A DNA stretch of 44,424 nt from NCBI GenBank assembly GCA_020722265.1, contig DYLA01000003.1, positions 4,698 to 49,121 on the forward strand, in the 5' to 3' direction. The notes under the pieces were generated by a model. That model ran no database searches and was not told the origin of the DNA. It worked only from the letters and a program-made list of their open reading frames with translations. How positions within the stretch are numbered: position 1 is the first letter of the stretch; every line of letters begins with the position of its first letter. This document shows, piece after piece, positions 7,469 to 14,431 of the stretch. The position numbers were made by a program, and so were the translations under genes. Source of the DNA: Anaerolinea sp. (GTDB lineage Bacteria > Chloroflexota > Anaerolineae > UBA4142).

Positions 7469-8442
7469 CGACTCCACTTGCGCCGCGCGTTTCGGTGATC
7501 ATTCCGGCGTACAACGCGGCGCAGACGATTGGGTTGTGCCTCGACGCGCTAGCGGCGCAGACCTTGCCGCGCGACGAGTACGAGGTGATCGTCGTGGACG
7601 ATGGTTCGGCGGACGCGACGCGCGAACTCGCCGCCGCGCGCGGCGCGCGTGTAATTTCGCAGTCGAATGCGGGCGCGGCGGCGGCGCGCAATCTGGGCGC
7701 GCGGCACGCGCGCGGCGAGATCGTGCTGTTCTGCGACGCCGATTCGGTCCCAGACGCGCGCTGGCTCGCGGCGATGATCGAACCGTTCGGCGACGCGAAC
7801 ATCGCCGGCGCGAGTGGCGAGAAGAAGACACACCAAACCAACTGGATGGCGCAGTTCGTTCAGGCGGAGTACGATTATCGCTACGAGCGCATTGCGTCAC
7901 ATCGGCGGATTGATTTCGTGGACAGTTCCACGGCGGCGTATCGGCGCGAGATTTTCCTCGCGAACGGCGGTTTCGATACGACGCTGCTCGACGCGGAGGA
8001 TACCGAGTTGTCGTATCGGTTGTCGGAACGCGGGCACGCGATGGTTCTCGCGCCCGATGCGATCGTGTGGCACACGCATCCGGAAGCGCTCGTGGAATAT
8101 TTGACGCGCAAGTATCGTTACGCGCTCTGGCGCGCGCGGGTGTACGCGCGGTTTCCGCGCAAAGCCGCATCGGATACGCGGACGCCGCAGACGCAGAAAC
8201 TGCAAGCCGGGCTTGCCGCGCTGCTCGCGCTCACGGGGCTGGGCGGTTTCGTGTGGAGCGGCTTGTTCTGGGTCGCCGCGCTGATGCTGGTGCTGTTCCT
8301 TGCGACGACGCTGCCATTCGTGCGGTGGTGCTGGCGATCGAATCGGAGAGTCGCGCTCGTCGCGCCGGCGGTGTTGTGGCTCGCCGCGTATCCGACCGGG
8401 CTAGGTGTGCTGGTAGGGTTCTTGAATCGGCGAGGGCATTGA
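7465..8442 (+). CDS. Family 2 glycosyltransferase with C-terminal TM helices
   Basis: ATGA overlap with the upstream gene. 'VSVIIPAYNAAQTI', 'VVDDGSAD' and 'FCDADS' (DxD) motifs. Confidence 0.9.
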   Translation: MTTPLAPRVSVIIPAYNAAQTIGLCLDALAAQTLPRDEYEVIVVDDGSADATRELAAARGARVISQSNAGAAAARNLGARHARGEIVLFCDADSVPDARWLAAMIEPFGDANIAGASGEKKTHQTNWMAQFVQAEYDYRYERIASHRRIDFVDSSTAAYRREIFLANGGFDTTLLDAEDTELSYRLSERGHAMVLAPDAIVWHTHPEALVEYLTRKYRYALWRARVYARFPRKAASDTRTPQTQKLQAGLAALLALTGLGGFVWSGLFWVAALMLVLFLATTLPFVRWCWRSNRRVALVAPAVLWLAAYPTGLGVLVGFLNRRGH

Positions 8443-9692
8443 TGTTTCGAGACCTAGCGGCGGATCCAAGTTGGGCGTTTGCCGATTGTGCTCCCAAGCA
8501 AACGCGCTACATCACGCACGGCTATTACACTTACCCCGCCAAGTTCATTCCGCAACTTGCCGCGCGTCTCATCCGCGAATTATCTTCTGCCGATGACCTC
8601 GTCGCCGATCCGTTTATGGGCAGCGGCACGACGATCGTCGAAGCGTTGGTGCAAGGGCGGCGCGCGGTGGGCGTGGACATCAACCCGGTCGCGCATCTGG
8701 TTTCGCGCGCCAAGTCCACGCCGATTGAGCCGGCCGTACTCGCGCGTGAGTTCGCCGCGCTCACGCGCGCGCTCGAAGCGAACGACGGTGCGCCCGCGCG
8801 CATCCCCGCAAACGCGCGGATAGACTATTGGTTTCCGCCGCCGCAAAAAGCGCGGCTCGGCGTTCTCCTCGCGCATATCTCTCAAGTCGAGGAGGCCGCG
8901 TGTCGCGATTTCTTCCTCGTCGCCTTCGCGCAAATCCTCAAGGCGTGCTCGATCTGGCTTCAGCGCAGCGTCAAGCCGACCCGCGATCTGCGCAAAACGC
9001 CTGCCGAGCCGTTAGCCGCGTTTCTGCGTCAGGCGCGCGCGATGCTCCAGCAAAACAGCGAATTCTGGAACAGCGTGCCTGCGCGCGTGCGCGAGAACAT
9101 CGCTCACTATCGCACGGTCGAGTGCGCGGACGCGCGTGCGCTGCCGGTGGAGGAGGGCGCGGTCAGTTTGATCGTCACGAGTCCGCCGTACGTCACTTCG
9201 TACGAGTATGCCGATTTGCACCAACTCGCCGCGCTGTGGTTCGCGTATCTCGACGCGCTGCCGGAATTTCGCAAACGCTTTATCGGTTCGGCGCACGCCA
9301 CGCGCGCGGCGACCGCGCTGCAGAGCGAAACCGCCGAGCGCATCTGCGCCGAGTTGGGCACCGGCAAAAAGGCACGCGAGGCGCGCAACTATTTCGCGGA
9401 TATGCTCGAATGTTTCGTGGAGATGCGGCGCGTGCTCAAGGACGGCGGCAAGGCGTGCATTGTCATCGGCAACACCGCGCTGCGCGGCGTCGAAATCCTG
9501 AACGCCGAGGTCTTTGTCGAACAAATGCACCACCTCGGCTTTCGGACGCACTCGATCATCAAGCGCGCGATTCCCTCCAAGATTCTGCCGCAGACGCGCG
9601 ACCCAGTGAGCGGACGATTCACCTCCACCGCGAATTCCAATCGAGTGCTGGCATATCCGGTCGAGTACATCGTGGTGATGGAAAAGCAGTGA
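8442..9692 (+). CDS. N4/N6 amino-methyltransferase (DNA methylase N-4/N-6 family-like), motif order I ... IV
   Basis: ATG at 8442 shares one nt with the GT2 TGA. 'YPAKFIPQL', 'DPFMGSGTT' (motif I) and, about 185 aa later, 'LIVTSPPY' (motif IV). The upstream part of ORF 8067-9692 overlaps GT2 in another frame. Confidence 0.75.
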   Translation: MFRDLAADPSWAFADCAPKQTRYITHGYYTYPAKFIPQLAARLIRELSSADDLVADPFMGSGTTIVEALVQGRRAVGVDINPVAHLVSRAKSTPIEPAVLAREFAALTRALEANDGAPARIPANARIDYWFPPPQKARLGVLLAHISQVEEAACRDFFLVAFAQILKACSIWLQRSVKPTRDLRKTPAEPLAAFLRQARAMLQQNSEFWNSVPARVRENIAHYRTVECADARALPVEEGAVSLIVTSPPYVTSYEYADLHQLAALWFAYLDALPEFRKRFIGSAHATRAATALQSETAERICAELGTGKKAREARNYFADMLECFVEMRRVLKDGGKACIVIGNTALRGVEILNAEVFVEQMHHLGFRTHSIIKRAIPSKILPQTRDPVSGRFTSTANSNRVLAYPVEYIVVMEKQ

Positions 9693-10711
9693 GCAAACCC
9701 TTTCCCAAAGATCAGCCGATTCCCCGTCTCTCGCCCGTCGCTCGCGTCCGACAATTCGCCGAGGCGTACCGCGCGTCGGTCAGTCCCGCCGCGTGCGCCT
9801 GGCTCCAAGTAGTCACGCGCGCGCTCGGCTTGGCTTTCACGGACGCTGAGTTGTGCATCATCGCCGCACTCGATACGCCGGACAAGGTACAGGATTTTCT
9901 CGACACGCAGATTTACTACAACAACGACCACGCCTCCGCCGATCTCGACGAAACTGCGCAACCGCCGCGCCGCGTCCTGCAAACCGGAATGGCGCATTGC
10001 TTCGAAGGCGCGCTCTTGGCGTACGCTGTCAACTTTCTGCACGGCTATAACCCGCGCCTGATGCTGCTCGAAGCGAGTCAGGATTCGGAACACAACCTTG
10101 TCATCTGGCGCGACCCGCGCACCGGCTTGTACGGCTGCAACGCGCACTCGTCGTACCCTCACCTCGATGGACGCCGCGCCGAATTCGCTACCCCGCGCGC
10201 TCTCGCCGAATCGTACGCGCCGTACTATTACAGCGACCGCTCGAAGAACCCGAATGACCTCACGCTCGTCGGCTACTCGGACGAATTCGATTTGATTGCC
10301 AAGTTCGGACTCGCGTGGATCGCCGCCGAAGAGCCGCTGTGGGATATTTACTACACCTACGTGGACGATACGTGGCGGTTTCACAACCTGTTCGACGATT
10401 CCGGCGAAACGCACCTCTACCCGGTCGTGCGCGCCCTCAAAGAGCGTTGGATTCGCGTGGACGAGGCGGGCAAACCGTACGTGAGCGTTGCCGATTTGCC
10501 GCGCGAGGCGCAAACCCTGTGGCGTGAATTCTGGCGCGAGTTCGGTCCGAACGATGGACGACGCGCGCAAGGCGCGGCGCGCACAATCGAAAAACGATTT
10601 ATGCGTCTGACCGGCACCACGCCGATTGACCTCGACGACAACGCGTTCGATTTGCAATTCTTTCTCGCGGCGGGCTATCGCATCGAGCAACTGGTCACCG
10701 GAGGTTTATGA
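9689..10711 (+). CDS. Hypothetical protein with papain/transglutaminase-like Cys...His signature
   Basis: GTG at 9689 overlaps the methylase TGA (GTGA). 340 aa. 'GMAHCFEGALLAYAVNFLHGYNPR' followed by 'EHNLVIWRD'. No signal peptide or TM segment. The upstream part of ORF 8828-10711 overlaps the methylase gene. Confidence 0.55.
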   Translation: MSKPFPKDQPIPRLSPVARVRQFAEAYRASVSPAACAWLQVVTRALGLAFTDAELCIIAALDTPDKVQDFLDTQIYYNNDHASADLDETAQPPRRVLQTGMAHCFEGALLAYAVNFLHGYNPRLMLLEASQDSEHNLVIWRDPRTGLYGCNAHSSYPHLDGRRAEFATPRALAESYAPYYYSDRSKNPNDLTLVGYSDEFDLIAKFGLAWIAAEEPLWDIYYTYVDDTWRFHNLFDDSGETHLYPVVRALKERWIRVDEAGKPYVSVADLPREAQTLWREFWREFGPNDGRRAQGAARTIEKRFMRLTGTTPIDLDDNAFDLQFFLAAGYRIEQLVTGGL

Positions 10712-11880
10712 GCCAAATCTTCATCCCGGACGCGCGCGATTTTCCGGCGATCACTGACTTGCTCATCGTTGGCGGCGGTGTGATCGGCGCGGCGACGGCG
10801 TTCTACGCGGCGCGCGCCGGTCTGCAAACCCTCGTCGTCGAGAAACGCGCTGCCCTCGGCGAACTCACCACGAGCGCGAGTCTCGCCGCGTTTCGTGCGC
10901 AATTCGCCGAACCGGAAAACATCGCCCTGATGAAGGAATCTATCGAGGTCTTTGAAAATTTCTGTGCCCTGACCGGTGTGGACATCGGCATTCGCCAGCA
11001 AGGCTACCTCTTTGTCACGACCGCGCCGGATGGCTGGGAGAAATCGCGCGCACGCGTCGAGCAGCAAAAATCATTCGGGCTAGAGGACATCGAGTTGTTG
11101 ACCGGCGACGAGGCGCGCGCGCGCTTTTCTTTCCTGGCGTCCGCGGTCACTGCCGCGACCTTTCGCCAGCGCGATGGTTGGCTCGCCGCGCACGAGTTGA
11201 CCTATGGCTATGCGCGCGCGAGCGGTGCGCGCGTTTTCCTCGAAACGCCGGTGACGGCGTGGCGCATCGAAGCGGGTCGCGTTACCGGCGCCGTGACGCC
11301 GCGCGGCGAAATTCGCGCCGCGCACAGCGTCATCGCCGCGGGACCTTTTTCGGGAATCCTCGCGCACAGGGCGGGGGTTGTCTTGCCGCTCGCGAACGTG
11401 CGCCGACAGCAGGTCACACTCCGCGCCCATCCGCGCATCCCGCGCGACGCGCCAATGGTGGTGGACGCGGACACCGGCGCGCACTGGCGCCCCGAAGGCG
11501 CCGGCGCGGTGTTGGCGTGGTCGCGTCCTGAACCGCCCGGCGAGCCGCTGGAGTACGTGCCAACCGATTGGGATTTTCCCGCGCGCGTTCTCGATGGGGT
11601 CGCGCGCGTGGCGCCGTTCTGGAATGAAATCACGCCGCGCCTCGCGCGCGCCGATCTCGCGCGGGTCGCCGGGCAGTACACCGAGGCGCCGGACGCGAAT
11701 CCGCTCATCGGCGCGACAGCCGTCGAAGGGTTGTGGCTCAACACGGCGTACGGCGGGCATGGTGTAATGATGAGTGCCGCCGGCGCGCGTTTGTTCGTGG
11801 ATGTGCTGCTGGGCAAGCGTGTGGAGAACCCCTTCCCTGTGAATCGCGATTTTGCCCACGGCGAGAGGATGGTGTTGTAG
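10708..11880 (+). CDS. FAD-dependent oxidoreductase (DAO / glycine-D-amino-acid oxidase family)
   Basis: ATGA overlap with the upstream gene. 'DLLIVGGGVIGAATAFYAARAG' dinucleotide-binding motif and a C-terminal 'AYGGHGVMMS' segment typical of DAO. Confidence 0.85.
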   Translation: MSQIFIPDARDFPAITDLLIVGGGVIGAATAFYAARAGLQTLVVEKRAALGELTTSASLAAFRAQFAEPENIALMKESIEVFENFCALTGVDIGIRQQGYLFVTTAPDGWEKSRARVEQQKSFGLEDIELLTGDEARARFSFLASAVTAATFRQRDGWLAAHELTYGYARASGARVFLETPVTAWRIEAGRVTGAVTPRGEIRAAHSVIAAGPFSGILAHRAGVVLPLANVRRQQVTLRAHPRIPRDAPMVVDADTGAHWRPEGAGAVLAWSRPEPPGEPLEYVPTDWDFPARVLDGVARVAPFWNEITPRLARADLARVAGQYTEAPDANPLIGATAVEGLWLNTAYGGHGVMMSAAGARLFVDVLLGKRVENPFPVNRDFAHGERMVL

Positions 11881-11980
11881 CCAAGATTTCGCACTTGCAC
11901 GCTTGGACAAGCCGACTGACCGATTCAATCTGTCACTTACGCGCTTTCCGATGGCTGGGTCTAGGGTGCGAAAGCTTGGC
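11880..11980. repeat. REP-like inverted-repeat element, copy 1
   Basis: GCCAAGATTTCGCAC (11880-11894) pairs with GTGCGAAAGCTTGGC (11966-11980) at 14 of 15 positions. Starts in the TAG stop of the upstream gene. Shares AGATTTCGCAC and GGGTGCGAAAGC with copy 2. Confidence 0.6.
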
Positions 11981-12035
11981 TGTAGTGTTCCTCGAAAACT
12001 ATCGCGACTAGGAGGAGATTGATAGATGATAGGAT

Positions 12036-13160
12036 GTGGAGATGGTTAACGCGCACATTGTCGGCTGGGGTAAATATCTCCCTAGCCGAGTGGTAACGAA
12101 CGCCGAGTTGGCGCAGACTGCCGGCATTGATGCCGAGTGGGTCAAGACGCGCGTCGGTGTCGAGCAGCGTCACATCGCCGAGCCGAATCAAGCGAGCGCG
12201 GATATGGCGATACGCGCGGCGCGCGACGCGCTGCAACGGGCGGATATTCCGCCCGCGCGCCTCGATCTGATCATCGTCGCGACGAACACTGCCGACTATT
12301 GGTTTCCGGCGACCGCGTGCTTGGTGCAGGACGCGCTCGGCGCCGAGCGTGCCGGCGCGTTCGATTTGGCGGCTGGGTGCTCCGGTTTTCTGTACGCGCT
12401 CGTCGTGGCAGATCGTTTCATTCGCAGCGGCGTGTACCGCGACATCCTGATCGTTGGCGTGGAAACGGTCTCGCGCATCATGGATTGGAAGAGTCCCCTC
12501 GGCGCGTACTTTGGCGATGGCGCGGGCGCGGTGGTGTTGACGGCCGGCGAACCGCCAGGGGGCTTGCTCGGCTTTGCGCTCAGTGCCGATGGCTCCGGGG
12601 GCGATTTGCTCATCCTGCCCGGCGGCGGCACGCGGCACGGTATCTCGCGCGAGGTGCTGGAGCAGGGTTTGCAGTACGGTCGGATGGACGGGCGCGCGCT
12701 CTATCGCTACGGTCTGCGCGCGATGCCCTGGATTGGGCGGCGCGCGTTACGGCAGGCGCACTTGCGCGTCCAAGACGTTGACCTGTTCATTCCGCATCAG
12801 ACGAATGTGACCTTGATCAGTCAGGTCGCCGAACGTCTGGGCGTGCCCGCCGAGAAGACCTTTGTCAATGTCGCGCCGTATGCCAATCTCTCCTCTGCCG
12901 CGCTGCCGGTTTCCTTGTGCGACGCGGTGGCGGCAGGGCGGATTCAGCCGGGGAAGCGATTGCTTCTCACCGCGTTCGGCGCGGGCTTGACCTGCGCGGG
13001 AGTTGCCTGGCAATGGTCGCAGCCCCTGCCGCTCAAGCCGATGCCGTTCATCAAGCGGCTGGGCTATGCGCTGTGGGATGCCCAAGCCGCGTTCCGCTCG
13101 CGCTTTTTCCGGCTGGAGCGCCAGTTGGATACGCTGATACCTACCGAAGAGGATGGATGA
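12036..13160 (+). CDS. fabH: Beta-ketoacyl-ACP synthase III (FabH-like) with ~45-aa C-terminal extension
   Basis: 'AAGCSGFLYAL' (Cys), 'FIPHQTNV' (His) and 'YANLSSAALP' (Asn). Start is GTG at 12036 or ATG at 12042. The extension begins after 'GVAWQW'. Confidence 0.8.
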   Translation: MEMVNAHIVGWGKYLPSRVVTNAELAQTAGIDAEWVKTRVGVEQRHIAEPNQASADMAIRAARDALQRADIPPARLDLIIVATNTADYWFPATACLVQDALGAERAGAFDLAAGCSGFLYALVVADRFIRSGVYRDILIVGVETVSRIMDWKSPLGAYFGDGAGAVVLTAGEPPGGLLGFALSADGSGGDLLILPGGGTRHGISREVLEQGLQYGRMDGRALYRYGLRAMPWIGRRALRQAHLRVQDVDLFIPHQTNVTLISQVAERLGVPAEKTFVNVAPYANLSSAALPVSLCDAVAAGRIQPGKRLLLTAFGAGLTCAGVAWQWSQPLPLKPMPFIKRLGYALWDAQAAFRSRFFRLERQLDTLIPTEEDG

Positions 13161-13197
13161 AAAAAGCCGCCGGATTTCTTGGGGAAACCCGGCGGTT
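13160..13197. terminator. Hairpin terminator between convergent fabH and M20 genes
   Basis: AAAAAA, then GCCGCCGG-ATTTC...GAAAC-CCGGCGGT. Read on the minus strand the hairpin is followed by TTTTTT. Confidence 0.65.
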
Positions 13198-13200
13198 GAC

Positions 13201-14388
13201 TCACTTGGGTTGTGGCAGCGCGGCGAGAAATCGCCGCGCCGCTTCCGCGAGCAGCGCCGCGCCGGTTGGCAGCACGGTCTCGTCAATGTCAAAGCGCGGG
13301 TTGTGATGCGGGCGGTCGTTTTCGTCTTTTTTGGCGCCGAGGTTGAAAAAGACGCCGGGTTTGGCGCGCGCCATAAAACTGAAATCCTCCGCGCCCATAT
13401 GCAAGTCTGATTCCTTCACCCGCGCCGCGCCGAGTAGGTCTATCGCGACGCCGCGCATAAACTCGGTCATCCGCGCATCGTTCACGGTCGCGGGGTACTC
13501 GAATTGGAGGTTGAGGGTGTAATCGCCGCCCCACGCGCGCGCGAGGGCGAACGCCCGCTCCAGATCGGTATGCAGTTGCGCCTGCACCGCCGGCTCGAAA
13601 CTGCGAATCGTGCCGGTGAGACGCACGGCTTCGGGAATGATGTTGGTCGCGCTGCCGGCGTTGATCGTCGTCACCGAGATTACGCCCGGCTTGGTCGGGT
13701 CAATCCGCCGCGAGACGATGCCGTGAATCGCGTTCACCACTTGTGCGGCAAGCCAAATCGGGTCGAGCGTTTGGTGCGGATACGCGCCGTGTCCGCCGCG
13801 CCCGATTATCGTGCCATCGAAAATATCCACCGCCGCCATAAACGGTCCCGCGCGCAAGAACACTTCGTTGCTCGGCAGGACACTGCTCACGTGTAAGCCG
13901 ATGACGGCGTCCACGTCGTCGAGCACGCCAGCCTCGACCATCAATTGTCCGCCGCTCTTGGGTGCGACGACGGTGTTCTCCTCGTTCGGCTGAAAGAGCA
14001 ATTTCACCGCGCCGTTCAATTTGCCGGCGCGCGCGTCCTCGTTCAGTAGCATCGCCGCGCCGAGCAAGCCCGCGACGTGCGCGTCGTGTCCGCACGCGTG
14101 CATCACTCCTTCGTTTTGCGATTTGTACGGCACGTCGTTCGCTTCGACGATGGGCAGCGCGTCCATATCGGCGCGCAGCGCGAGGCGGGGTCTGCCCGCG
14201 CCGATGATCGCCGTGACGCCGGTGTGCGCGATGCCGGTCTGGGCTTGGAGGCCGAGTTCGCCCAGAATTTCCGCGATGCGCTGCGCGGTGCGGACTTCTT
14301 GAAAGCCGAGTTCGGGATGCGCGTGCAGGTCGCGGCGGATGGCGATGAGTTGGTCCGCGCGCGCGTGCGCGCGAGTGAGGTACGACAT
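13201..14388 (-). CDS. M20D family amidohydrolase (N-acyl-amino-acid deacylase / hippurate hydrolase-like)
   Basis: 'MHACGHDAH' metal-binding motif and 'FQPNEE'. The ATG at 14388 has GAGGAG 6 nt upstream. The ATG at 14394 has no spacer to the SD. Confidence 0.85.
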   Translation of the reverse strand: MSYLTRAHARADQLIAIRRDLHAHPELGFQEVRTAQRIAEILGELGLQAQTGIAHTGVTAIIGAGRPRLALRADMDALPIVEANDVPYKSQNEGVMHACGHDAHVAGLLGAAMLLNEDARAGKLNGAVKLLFQPNEENTVVAPKSGGQLMVEAGVLDDVDAVIGLHVSSVLPSNEVFLRAGPFMAAVDIFDGTIIGRGGHGAYPHQTLDPIWLAAQVVNAIHGIVSRRIDPTKPGVISVTTINAGSATNIIPEAVRLTGTIRSFEPAVQAQLHTDLERAFALARAWGGDYTLNLQFEYPATVNDARMTEFMRGVAIDLLGAARVKESDLHMGAEDFSFMARAKPGVFFNLGAKKDENDRPHHNPRFDIDETVLPTGAALLAEAARRFLAALPQPK

Positions 14389-14431
14389 TTCCATCTCCTC
14401 GTTTCAGTAGAGACGCCTCGACGAGACGTTT

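Noticed and set aside
5105-7477. 790-aa minus-strand ORF spanning the O-antigen-ligase and flippase-like genes
   Set aside because: The translation is Arg/Pro/Gln/His-rich low complexity. It lies antisense to two genes with clear family motifs and membrane topology. This is a typical shadow ORF of GC-rich DNA.
8067-8441. N-terminal extensions of track ORFs (8067-8441 of the methylase ORF, 8828-9688 of the next ORF, 4799-5170, 1060-1143, 25591-25701, 33024-33392, 42172-42330)
   Set aside because: The extensions overlap upstream genes in another frame or run through mapped promoters. Internal starts with SDs or stop/start overlaps give proteins with family-typical N-termini.
9689-10711. Restriction endonuclease partner for the methyltransferase
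   Set aside because: I could find no PD-(D/E)xK, HNH, GIY-YIG or PLD-type motif. The visible pattern is Cys/His thiol-enzyme-like instead. This cannot be fully excluded without structure prediction.
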